DNA of 64,000 nucleotides from Candidatus Kaiserbacteria bacterium (GTDB lineage Bacteria; Patescibacteriota; Minisyncoccia; Phycocordibacterales; UBA2100): NCBI GenBank assembly GCA_017134395.1, contig CP070993.1, positions 189,656 to 253,655 of the forward strand, read 5' to 3'. Shown piece by piece: positions 38,796 to 47,421 of this stretch (position 1 is its first letter; each line of letters starts with the position of its first letter). The notes under the pieces were generated by a model. It saw only the letters and a program-made list of their open reading frames with translations, ran no database searches and was not told where the DNA came from. The position numbers and the translations under genes were made by a program.

Positions 38796-39638
38796 ATGTT
38801 AAAAGAACGACAGGCAGCAATTCCTATTACGGATGAGAACACTTACTATCTATATATTGATGATTCAGGAGAGCGTCTCTCCCATGTACCACAAAATCCA
38901 AAACGAGATGATGGATTGGACTATTTTGCTCTAGGAGGAATTCTGATCAAGAAAACTGACCGTGATTTCGCAATCACTAAGTATAAAGAGCTCAGAAAAA
39001 AATGGAGGCTTACGTACCCTCTTCATTCAACAGAAATTCGTCGTTTTCGCAAAAACTTTATTTGGCTTATTGACACTAAAACCAGGGAAGAATTTATGGT
39101 TGATCTTGAAAAGTTTTTGTATGAAATACCTGTCATTGGTTTCGCAGCAGTGATTGATAAAGTTGGATACAACAAACGATATGAGGAACCGTATGGGGAA
39201 AAACGTTGGTGGTTATGTAGAACTGCCTACTCTATATTAATTGAACGAGTAGCTAAATATGTTCATTCCAAAGATGGGTATCTTAGAGTCGTTTTTGAAA
39301 ACGCTGGTACGAATGAAAACAAAGCAATATTACAATACGCTAAAGACCTTAAAGATACTGGGATGCCATTTAATAATGACAATTCTTCTAAATATGGGGC
39401 TTTTAGTCCTGATGATTTCAAAAAAGTTGTGCTCGGAGAACCTAAACGTCACGAGAAAAAATCTCCTCTAGTTCAAGTTGCGGATATATATTTATACCCA
39501 ATGGTTCGAGGTGGCTATTATAAGGATTATCCACCCTATCAAAGCTTATTAAAAAGAAAAAAACTAATAGACGCACTCCTGCCTGGTGCTGATTTAGATA
39601 GTATGGGGATCAAATACAGCTGTTTTGATTCTCGGTAG
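38796..39638 (+). CDS. DUF3800 family protein
   Basis: N-terminal YYLYIDDSGE (DxSG-type motif) and C-terminal VQVADIYLYP, as in DUF3800 as I recall it. Confidence 0.55.
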   Translation: MLKERQAAIPITDENTYYLYIDDSGERLSHVPQNPKRDDGLDYFALGGILIKKTDRDFAITKYKELRKKWRLTYPLHSTEIRRFRKNFIWLIDTKTREEFMVDLEKFLYEIPVIGFAAVIDKVGYNKRYEEPYGEKRWWLCRTAYSILIERVAKYVHSKDGYLRVVFENAGTNENKAILQYAKDLKDTGMPFNNDNSSKYGAFSPDDFKKVVLGEPKRHEKKSPLVQVADIYLYPMVRGGYYKDYPPYQSLLKRKKLIDALLPGADLDSMGIKYSCFDSR

Positions 39639-39858
39639 ATGGCAAAATTTAGATAACAAAATCCCCAGTCGAAACTGGGGATTTTGCCAGCCCGCAACGC
39701 GGACTCGGGGGCGTGGTGCCCATACCTAGAATATATCATGTAATATGTCTTATTACAAGAATTTGGGGATAGTTCCGACCGCTTAACAGAGCCATATTTT
39801 GGCCATTCTGTGTACAATTCGTTCTTTTTTTATTAACATTCGTAATTTGACAGACCTC

Positions 39859-39915
39859 CCTCAAAAAAATAAAATTAAAAATATTCAAAAGATTTTTAAT
39901 TTTATTTTTTTGAGG
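39859..39915 (+). repeat. perfect 23-bp AT-rich inverted repeat (CCTCAAAAAAATAAAATTAAAAA / TTTTTAATTTTATTTTTTTGAGG) with an 11-nt loop
   Basis: Arms are exact reverse complements. Lies between the DUF3800 terminator hairpin (about 39660-39690) and the promoter region of the 40013 gene. Confidence 0.8.
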
Positions 39916-40012
39916 TTACTTTATTGTATAATCCAAAAATAATTTAAACATTCTCTGTTTATTACAGATTGTGTTTAACTGGCTCGTTTAATTCTTATGG
40001 TAAGATTCATCT

Positions 40013-40867
40013 GTGAAATTTGATTTAGCAGATTTATTTTCATTCCTAGCAGGATTAATTTTGGGAATACTTCTAGGAATTGAACTCGTAGTAGATTTTC
40101 TAAATAAATGGCAAACAATTGTAGGTGCACTTATTGGAGCCGCTGCCCCACTCATAGTTTATTTTATAGGAAAACGACAGGACGAATATTATGCATATCT
40201 CGTACGGCTTGATAAGAGCCTCTCGCTAGCTGTTGTGAACTTAAGTGAAATTGATAATACTCTACATACATTTGTACGCGGAAGCTTGCAGAAACTAATA
40301 GATTCTGTCACGCAGACAGCAAAGCAAGATGAATTTGTTGCAAGAGCTTTTGTTCCTCTTCTATTTACTTACGAACTTCCTGAGGAGATTATTAAATTGA
40401 GCACCAAAACTGCATACATAGATAATAACTTACTACTCGTATATTCACGTTCTAAGGAGCTAGATCCTATGGTCGCAGACATAGGAAGACAATATGATAA
40501 AACGTACGAACTGCAGCTAACTTTGGTGGGCTCGAAAATGACTCCTGGTTCACAAATTACGACGGACTTGAATTCCATGTACGCTCAGAACCTTGAATCA
40601 TTCAAAGCGTATATCGAAGAATATTGGGCTAAAAACAATATGCCGATTTACCTTAAAGAACTTGTTCAGTTGCAAGTTGCTGTCAGAGAATTGCGAGAAA
40701 TGCGACGTCTTGGTTGGATAGTATGGCGCTGGAAATATGAAAAGGGAGCAGCTGATGATTTTGCTGTCATGCAGGAGTCTATCGACAAATCTTTGGAAAA
40801 GAAAGTTGGAGAAAGATTAGACCTAATCAAAAGAACAGCCTTTAATCGCTACAAGAAGAACGATTAA
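40013..40867 (+). CDS. hypothetical membrane protein (two N-terminal TM helices plus a cytoplasmic domain)
   Basis: FSFLAGLILGILLGIELVV and IVGALIGAAAPLIVYFIG helices. No motif. Accessory-region context. Confidence 0.5.
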   Translation: MKFDLADLFSFLAGLILGILLGIELVVDFLNKWQTIVGALIGAAAPLIVYFIGKRQDEYYAYLVRLDKSLSLAVVNLSEIDNTLHTFVRGSLQKLIDSVTQTAKQDEFVARAFVPLLFTYELPEEIIKLSTKTAYIDNNLLLVYSRSKELDPMVADIGRQYDKTYELQLTLVGSKMTPGSQITTDLNSMYAQNLESFKAYIEEYWAKNNMPIYLKELVQLQVAVRELREMRRLGWIVWRWKYEKGAADDFAVMQESIDKSLEKKVGERLDLIKRTAFNRYKKND

Positions 40868-41010
40868 AGGATTTTCTGTGCCAATTCGGATCCATAAATG
40901 GAGGAAAATATATATTTCCAATGATTTCGATTTCTTTTGAATCACCCCCCCTTTTTTCTTTATTTCATCATTCATATAAAAGGTGTCGCAAAACAACGCT
41001 AGTGCGTCAC

Positions 41011-41029
41011 CTCCCCCCACCCCGCCGCA
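41011..41029 (+). repeat. copy 2 of the perfect 19-bp direct repeat, CTCCCCCCACCCCGCCGCA
   Basis: Identical to 38312-38330. Lies 17 bp upstream of the -35 hexamer of the small-peptide promoter. Confidence 0.8.
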
Positions 41030-41045
41030 CTGCCAATTCCTTATC

Positions 41046-41073
41046 ATTGACATACAGTATAGACATGGTATAG
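41046..41073 (+). promoter_or_regulatory. near-consensus sigma70 promoter, TTGACA-N16-TATAGT
   Basis: Hexamers at 41046-41051 and 41068-41073. AAGGAG Shine-Dalgarno at 41090-41095. Confidence 0.5.
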
Positions 41074-41102
41074 TACACCTCCACAACAGCAAGGAGTTTC
41101 AA

Positions 41103-41186
41103 ATGAATCTCGCAGATTTTCTTATAGCACTCGTCATTCTTGCGGTTATTGGTGACATCATCGTGATGATTATCCAAGCCGTTTGA
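41103..41186 (+). CDS. 27-aa hydrophobic peptide, MNLADFLIALVILAVIGDIIVMIIQAV; type-I-toxin-like small membrane peptide (speculative)
   Basis: Strong promoter and Shine-Dalgarno 7 nt upstream. A single TM-length helix. Followed by a terminator hairpin at 41220-41268. Confidence 0.4.
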   Translation: MNLADFLIALVILAVIGDIIVMIIQAV

Positions 41187-41883
41187 GCAGAGAGCTGATT
41201 GAAACCTGAGTACATGTGGAAGGACTCAGCTTCATGATTCCAGGCTGAGTCCTTTACTGTTTTTATTCAATATCGCCGCACCCAAATAGAAAAGTCTCAG
41301 AGTACGCGGTGCAATTTGCATACACCCTCTGAGACTTCAGCCAGACAAATGAAAACAATTCACCTGCTCTATTAAGGCTTCTTCTTTTATATCATAAGTG
41401 GTGTGGTGGTGCTACTTCCCTGCCATACTCCTCATTTGATGGGAGTTTAATTATCTACTTATATTCTGTACATATAAAAAGGCGCCCAGACAGAAGTCTG
41501 GGCGCAAGGGTTTGGGGTGTGCGTGATTAGCTACGGCGCCGATCCTCTTTATAATGCTTGCTATCGCTTGAAAAGTCAATGTTCATTGACAACTACCCTA
41601 CCGTGGGTGCAGAATATGCATCCACTTCAACAAATACAAGGAAAAGAAGATGTCAAATCACGGTTTTCACCTTATCCCTCACGCAGGGATGTCGTTACTT
41701 GAGAAAGCGGCGTGGGTCTTCATCTTGCTTCTCATTGGTGCTGGGCTAGATTTTTTCCTAGTCTAAATTTGAGTTGAATTGGAGAGCCTAGCTCTTCACA
41801 GTGTTTTATATACGTGTGATTGAGCTGGGCTCTTTCTATTTTATTTAGTGAGATAATGGCTTAATATAAACCTGAAATGAATG

Positions 41884-41962
41884 AACGCCACCGCAGGAGT
41901 ACTTCCATTATTTCTAAACACTGCGTATTAAGAAAAATTGGTCGCTCAATTTATTGAGGTGT
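41884..41962 (+). repeat. repeated roughly 85-nt element, copy B
   Basis: Same core as 6486-6572, then a CTCAAT-TT-ATTGAG hairpin and a T-run. Confidence 0.75.
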
Positions 41963-41986
41963 TTGTTTTTTGCTGTTTTAACCATT

Positions 41987-42433
41987 TTACAGTTCTAAAT
42001 CGTGTATTTGCAGTTCCCCACTTGTTGCATCGAGCCACCGTACACCAGAAGGAACAATTTTAAACATCACAAAGTCCTCCCTATCTTTCACATAGTACTT
42101 TGCTGGGTTTTTTGCAGTAAACCATGCAAGTCTCTCTGCTGTTTTCTCGTGTGGTATTTCTTCTGCAATACCCTGTATGTCTACAACCTGTAATGGGTCA
42201 ATACTCTCTTGGACAACAGCAACAGATACGTGGTTGTCAGCCTGCAATGCTTTATATTTCCCGAAGCACTCACAGGTACCAAAGTAGATAGTAAAGTCAT
42301 CATCCACAGCATAGAGCATGAGTGATGAGTTTGGATGCTTTTCAATATCTAAGACAGTAAGTACCATCTTTCTGTGTCCCTCTAAGAAACTAAGGGCCTC
42401 ATCTTTTAAGATTTCGTTTGTCTTTTCTTCCAT
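41987..42433 (-). CDS. pyridoxamine 5-prime-phosphate oxidase-like FMN-binding split-barrel family protein
   Basis: Size about 148 aa and a central LMLYAVDDDFTIYFGT / VSVAV pattern typical of PNPOx-like / general stress protein 26 families, as I recall them. Confidence 0.5.
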   Translation of the reverse strand: MEEKTNEILKDEALSFLEGHRKMVLTVLDIEKHPNSSLMLYAVDDDFTIYFGTCECFGKYKALQADNHVSVAVVQESIDPLQVVDIQGIAEEIPHEKTAERLAWFTAKNPAKYYVKDREDFVMFKIVPSGVRWLDATSGELQIHDLEL

Positions 42434-42438
42434 AAGTT

Positions 42439-43191
42439 CTATTTACTGCTTCCTACCTTTTCAAATGCTCGAAGAACTTCTATCGGCATAGCGAACACAA
42501 CTGTGTTGCTCTGGTCTGAGCTAAGATCGTTTAGTGACTGCAGTGTTCGCAAGTGAAGTGCACCAGGTGCAGAGGCCAGAATATCGGCTGCTTTTGCCAT
42601 GTTGTCGGCTGATATTACCTCACCTTCAGCCTTAATGATAACAGCTCGTTTTTCTCGTTCTGCTTCAGCTTGTTTTGCAATTGTTCGTTCCATATTCTCT
42701 GGAAGTACAACGTCTTTGAGCTCTACATTATCGACTTTAATTCCCCAGTCATCACTCGCCTCATCAACAATTATGCGGATTTTATCTGAAATTTTCTCAC
42801 GCCCTGCAAGAAGCTCGTCAAGCTCAACCTCCCCTACCACGTTTCGCATAGTGGTTTGCGCAAGCTGACTTACGGCAAAGAAGAAATCTTCTACGTTAAG
42901 AATAGCCTTATCTGCATCTGAGACTTTATAATAGATAACAGCATTTACGCCCACTGAGATGTTGTCTTTCGTAATAGCTTGCTGCTGCGGTACATCTACT
43001 GCCTTTACCCGCATATCTACCTTTCTCATTTTTTGGAATACAGGTATAACGATGCGCCACCCCGCTTTTCGCAAACCAGTAAAGCGCCCCATAGTAAACA
43101 TAAGCCCCTGTTCGTACTGATTGATTTGTCGCAATACTGCGACCGCGATACCAATAGCTACGATTATAAGTACAAAAAATTCCATACGCAC
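42439..43191 (-). CDS. SPFH/band-7 (stomatin/prohibitin-like) family protein
   Basis: N-terminal TM helix, then an SPFH core (QQAITKDNISVGVNAVIYYKV...) and a coiled-coil AKQAEAEREKRA. Confidence 0.8.
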   Translation of the reverse strand: MRMEFFVLIIVAIGIAVAVLRQINQYEQGLMFTMGRFTGLRKAGWRIVIPVFQKMRKVDMRVKAVDVPQQQAITKDNISVGVNAVIYYKVSDADKAILNVEDFFFAVSQLAQTTMRNVVGEVELDELLAGREKISDKIRIIVDEASDDWGIKVDNVELKDVVLPENMERTIAKQAEAEREKRAVIIKAEGEVISADNMAKAADILASAPGALHLRTLQSLNDLSSDQSNTVVFAMPIEVLRAFEKVGSSK

Positions 43192-43237
43192 ATTTAGTAT
43201 TAGTCTAATATAAACCTATTATAGTCTTTTCAGGCTT

Positions 43238-43831
43238 CTATTGCCACGGAATATCGAATTGGTCGAATTCGGGCAGTAGTTTTTCGTTGTATAGCAGTCG
43301 GTTTATTACCTCAGCATGACTTAACGCACCCGTGAGCGCATTGTGTGGTTGTGGCTCTTCTGGAATACCGCAGTAGTTTAAGACTGCATCGAGATTTAGT
43401 GCGCTACGCTTATGTTCAGCGTCGAGTGGTGGGACACCTCCCCCTTTAATGATGTGCATCCATGCAAGTGAGTGGCTGTCGATTGTACGGTGTGCAAACG
43501 GATAGTTAATCCCTGCTCGGTAACACGCCGCTTTTACAAAATCTCTATCGAAAGAAACATTCTGTCCACCGAATGTTTTGTCTTCTAGCGGCTCCGTCCA
43601 TGCAATAAACTTTTCGATTACTTCTGCTTCTGTCTGCTTTGTTGGGTCAGTAATCTCTTTTTCTGTAAATCCGTTTACCTCGAGTGCTCCTTCCATAACA
43701 TGAGCTCCGTCCCACATACGACACTCTTCGTAAAATCTATTGTCGGGATTTTTGAGGTCGAGTGCCCCAAGGCTCACAATGGAGTGCTTATCTGACTCTG
43801 TTCCTGACGCTTCTATATCTAAAATCAACAT
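43238..43831 (-). CDS. DEDD-family 3-prime-5-prime exonuclease (DnaQ/RNase T-like)
   Basis: Exo I LILDIEASG, Exo II GQNVSFDRDFV, Exo III HNALTGALSHAE. Confidence 0.75.
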   Translation of the reverse strand: MLILDIEASGTESDKHSIVSLGALDLKNPDNRFYEECRMWDGAHVMEGALEVNGFTEKEITDPTKQTEAEVIEKFIAWTEPLEDKTFGGQNVSFDRDFVKAACYRAGINYPFAHRTIDSHSLAWMHIIKGGGVPPLDAEHKRSALNLDAVLNYCGIPEEPQPHNALTGALSHAEVINRLLYNEKLLPEFDQFDIPWQ

Positions 43832-43869
43832 ATCGCTTAACTATAAACTACCAGCTAAAAACTACCAAC

Positions 43870-44241
43870 TTATTTCAAACCTTTACAATTTCCTGCTGGA
43901 GAATATCCTGCACTACGTGCTTCTTCGATAGAAGCAAACCATATCTTGTTTGCTTCATTCATAGTCCGAGCGCTTGAACACCATGGAAAATGGTATTTGC
44001 TACCATTTTTTGATGCTACAAATAGCCCACCGATAGATATTGGCTCCTTAGTGTCTGTTTCGGCATCAAATAAACGTACAGCAGGTTGTACATCCTCGTA
44101 ATTAGACAATCTGCCCAAACCAAATGCTGAAATGCCTACAAAAAGTACAATCAGTGCGAAAAGAACATCTTGTGCCCAATCACCAGTTTCGGCCTTGATT
44201 TGCAAGACTCGTTCAAGTATACTTTGCCACCAGTTCGCCAT
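43870..44241 (-). CDS. hypothetical membrane-anchored protein (start at MANWWQS; the track start at 44325 would overlap rpmA)
   Basis: TM helix [19 protein letters not shown]-terminal [11 protein letters not shown]...[18 protein letters not shown]. Confidence 0.45.
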   Translation of the reverse strand: MANWWQSILERVLQIKAETGDWAQDVLFALIVLFVGISAFGLGRLSNYEDVQPAVRLFDAETDTKEPISIGGLFVASKNGSKYHFPWCSSARTMNEANKIWFASIEEARSAGYSPAGNCKGLK

Positions 44242-44270
44242 GCGGACATCATACCTTACATTTATATTAT

Positions 44271-44543
44271 ATGGCACATAGAAAAGCCGGAGGTTCGGCA
44301 AAAAACCTAAGAGACTCAAACCCAAAGTATTTGGGAACTAAACTAGCGGATGGCCAGAGTGCACAGATCGGATCTATTATCGTACGTCAGCGTGGAACTA
44401 AGATTCTTGCTGGAAAGAACGTAGGGCTTGGAAAAGACCACACTCTTTTCGCACTTGCTGAAGGTACTGTAAAGTTCCGAAGTGCTCGCAAAATACGTTT
44501 CGACGGAAATACAGTTATAAAGAAGGTTGCAGACGTTCTCTAA
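44271..44543 (+). CDS. rpmA: 50S ribosomal protein L27
   Basis: [22 protein letters not shown]... is a canonical L27. Confidence 0.95.
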   Translation: MAHRKAGGSAKNLRDSNPKYLGTKLADGQSAQIGSIIVRQRGTKILAGKNVGLGKDHTLFALAEGTVKFRSARKIRFDGNTVIKKVADVL

Positions 44544-44554
44544 GTTTTAAATAA

Positions 44555-44596
44555 AAAACAAAAAACACCCACTTTCGTGGGTGTTTTTTGTTTTTT
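44555..44596. terminator. bidirectional rho-independent terminator between rpmA (+) and rplI (-)
   Basis: ACACCCAC-TTTC-GTGGGTGT hairpin flanked by an A-run and a T-run. Confidence 0.8.
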
Positions 44597-44604
44597 ATTT
44601 AGTT

Positions 44605-45051
44605 CTACTCTTTTGTTTGTACTGAAAGTACTACCGGAACTTTAGTAGTACCAACCTGAACATGTACTGTGTGTTCGCCAATTTCCTTAATTGGCGTATC
44701 AATAACAACTGAAGCAGCTTCAACTTCAACACCTACAACATCTTTAATATGAGCGGCGATAATATCTGCGTGCAAAGCCTCAAATAAATGCCCTTTTTCA
44801 TTTGTAGTTGCTCGAATAACCAACCCTTCTCCTTTTAGTTTTTTTAAACTTCCTTCCAGTACAGCCTTTGTTTCTTCTTGTTTCGAAGCTCGTTCTGTTT
44901 CTGCTTTCTGTGCATTTTTTATTTTCGCGTCTGTCGCAACTTCTGCAAGCCCATGCGCAATAAGAAAGTTTTGAGCATATCCATTTGATAATTCCTTTAC
45001 TTCACCCTTTTGTCCAACTTTTGCTACATCTTTTAAAAGTATTACTTTCAT
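44605..45051 (-). CDS. rplI: 50S ribosomal protein L9
   Basis: MKVILLKDVAKVGQKGEVKELSNGYAQNFLI is a canonical L9. Confidence 0.95.
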   Translation of the reverse strand: MKVILLKDVAKVGQKGEVKELSNGYAQNFLIAHGLAEVATDAKIKNAQKAETERASKQEETKAVLEGSLKKLKGEGLVIRATTNEKGHLFEALHADIIAAHIKDVVGVEVEAASVVIDTPIKEIGEHTVHVQVGTTKVPVVLSVQTKE

Positions 45052-45097
45052 ATATCTTTTCTGTATTTAATTAATCGAGTCACAAGAGTACTTCCAT

Positions 45098-46405
45098 CTA
45101 CTTAGAATGTAAATACTCTACAGCTCGCTCCATAATGTAGTCTCGTTCTACACCTTCTTCTTCATCTTCTGGGAACTCCACTACAATATCTGGTTCAATA
45201 CCCTCTTGTGTGATGAAAACGTCTCCCTTGAGAAGCCATCGAGCAATAGTGACTTTCAGCGACGTCTCAGGTGTTATATCTATAAGTTCCTGTACAGATC
45301 CTTTACCAAAACTCTGTGTCCCAACTAAAGTTGCAACACCGTGCTCGTGTAATGCACCTCCAAGAATTTCAGACGCGGAAGCTGAACCACCATCAATCAG
45401 GATTACGAGCTCTAAATCATCATTGAATACATCGTATCCACGACTTCGGTGAATTCTATTTTCGCCATTGCCTCCATAGTCTTCGGTGACAACAATCTTG
45501 CCACTCGGTAAGAACCAACTTGCCATATCTACCGCAGCGTCGAGGTACCCACCTGGGTTCCCACGTAAATCAATAATGAGTTTCTTATAATTTGTTGCTG
45601 CAAATTCTTTTAATGCTAATCGAAACAACTCGGAAGACTTCGCTGAGAAATTATACAGTTCGATAACAAAAATACCGTCAGCACGTCGTTGTGTTTCGAT
45701 AGTTGGAATTTCAATAGTATCTCTCGTTACACTTATTTCGAGCATATCGCTCTCACCTTCTCTGACAATAGTAAACACAACATCAGTACCCTTTTCTCCT
45801 CGAATAAGACTAACTGCAGCGTTTATGCCCATATTTTTTGTAGACTGCCCGTCAATTTCGATAATTCGATCACTACTTTTTATACCAGAGTTATATGCAG
45901 GAGTTCCTTTTAAGGGCGAGACAACAGTAAGCACTCGATCACGAATTGCAATTTCCATTCCCACCCCTTCAAAACTACCACTAATATCATCATTAAATAC
46001 TTCTGCTTCTGTCGGTGGCAAAAATACCGTGTACGGGTCACCCATAGACTCAACAAGACCGGTGATCATACCCCATACTCTTTCCTGGTCATTTTCAGAT
46101 TCACTGTTTTCTGTAGTGGTTGCAGTTTGTACAGTTGTTGTCGCATAGGCATCAATAAAACGTTCATCAAGAATATTCCACGCCCGCCATACCGGATTGA
46201 AATCAACAGCAGCAGGTTGCGTACTTGCTATAGAACCTGCAGCAAACGCTGAAAGTCCGTAACGATTAAATTGTTCAGCCAAAACACCTTTGCCACCTAC
46301 GAAAACACCAGCCACAAATGTAATGGTGATTATGAGGACTCCGGTGAATACGGAGCGAAGTGATATACCTACCATCGCACTATTATGCCATGTAGCTATC
46401 TGCAT
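45098..46405 (-). CDS. carboxyl-terminal processing (S41) protease
   Basis: Signal anchor, PDZ region, S41 motifs (LIIDLRGNPGGYL, GGSASASEILGGAL). Confidence 0.85.
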   Translation of the reverse strand: MQIATWHNSAMVGISLRSVFTGVLIITITFVAGVFVGGKGVLAEQFNRYGLSAFAAGSIASTQPAAVDFNPVWRAWNILDERFIDAYATTTVQTATTTENSESENDQERVWGMITGLVESMGDPYTVFLPPTEAEVFNDDISGSFEGVGMEIAIRDRVLTVVSPLKGTPAYNSGIKSSDRIIEIDGQSTKNMGINAAVSLIRGEKGTDVVFTIVREGESDMLEISVTRDTIEIPTIETQRRADGIFVIELYNFSAKSSELFRLALKEFAATNYKKLIIDLRGNPGGYLDAAVDMASWFLPSGKIVVTEDYGGNGENRIHRSRGYDVFNDDLELVILIDGGSASASEILGGALHEHGVATLVGTQSFGKGSVQELIDITPETSLKVTIARWLLKGDVFITQEGIEPDIVVEFPEDEEEGVERDYIMERAVEYLHSK

Positions 46406-46475
46406 TCAAAATTCTCAGCTGGTTATACACGCATAAAACCAATAGCTTCAAATTCGTACAGTATACTTACAGGTA

Positions 46476-47396
46476 ATGTTACATCGCCATGAATACAAAG
46501 ACCTCGTCTGGATAGATTTTGAATGCCCGACACTTGAAGAAGTACGCCGCGTAGCAAATGAATTCGGTATCAACCCATCAGTTGCCGACGAACTTCTCTC
46601 ACCAACACTTCGTCCTCATACAGAGAGGTACGATGAATATCTCTATCTCGTTTTGCATTTCCCTACACTGCAACACCCAGAGCACACTGCAGTAGCACCT
46701 GAGCATGAAGTTGATTTTATTATTGGAAAGAACTTTATTATCACAACACGCTACGAAGAGCTGACTACATTCGTAGAATTTCGGAAAGTGTTCGAGGTTA
46801 ACTCTTCACTAGAAGAAGGTCATATTAGCGAAAATGCTTTTGATGTCTTCTTATTACTCACAAAACGTCTCTACCGTATTGTTGATGTTGATATTGATAA
46901 AATTAGAGACACACTTGAATACATCGAGAAAGAAATCTTTGAAGGACGAGAGCGTGAGATGGTTGAGGCACTTTCACGAGCTGGACGCGATATTCTAAAT
47001 ATTAAACAAGGTCTTGACCCTCATCAAGATATCTTAAGTTCTCTCAGCGAACTAACTGTCGAGTTTGCAGGAAAAGAGTACGCGTCACAAATACGTTCCA
47101 TAGAAAACATGTACTATCGCTCACGCAAGCATACGACGCGTATCTGGCAGACGATGGTTGAATTAAGAGAAACAAACAACTCCCTATTGAGTACAAAGCA
47201 AAACGAAGTTATGAAGATTTTTACCATTCTTGCGTTCGTTACGTTCCCGCTATCACTCGTTGCTTCTGTTTTTGGGATGAATACGCTCCATACACCTTTT
47301 GTAGGAGGTGAGTATGACTTCTGGATTGTGATAGGACTAATGGCGTGTGCAACTTTCTTTATGTTCCTCTTTTTCCGCCACAAACGTTGGTTGTAG
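46476..47396 (+). CDS. corA: CorA family magnesium/cobalt transporter
   Basis: C-terminal two TM helices with the GMN motif (VFGMNTLHTP). Confidence 0.85.
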   Translation: MLHRHEYKDLVWIDFECPTLEEVRRVANEFGINPSVADELLSPTLRPHTERYDEYLYLVLHFPTLQHPEHTAVAPEHEVDFIIGKNFIITTRYEELTTFVEFRKVFEVNSSLEEGHISENAFDVFLLLTKRLYRIVDVDIDKIRDTLEYIEKEIFEGREREMVEALSRAGRDILNIKQGLDPHQDILSSLSELTVEFAGKEYASQIRSIENMYYRSRKHTTRIWQTMVELRETNNSLLSTKQNEVMKIFTILAFVTFPLSLVASVFGMNTLHTPFVGGEYDFWIVIGLMACATFFMFLFFRHKRWL

Positions 47397-47421
47397 AAAG
47401 GCACCTACCTAGTATATAGTG

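Noticed and set aside
40983-41102. Upstream 40 codons of the track ORF 40983-41186
   Set aside because: This part runs through the 19-bp repeat and the promoter. Only the terminal 27 codons from ATG 41103 have promoter and Shine-Dalgarno support.
41190-41986. Possible tmRNA, SRP-RNA or RNase P RNA in the 800-nt non-coding stretch
   Set aside because: No T-arm (GTTCGAATCC-like) or SRP/RNase P conserved motifs were found by eye. Only generic stem-loops, which are reported under the small-peptide finding.
45078-45094. Third, partial copy of the repeated element core (CACAAGAGTACTTCCA)
   Set aside because: Only 14-16 nt match. Matches of this length are expected by chance in 64 kb. Noted in the finding but not called as a feature.
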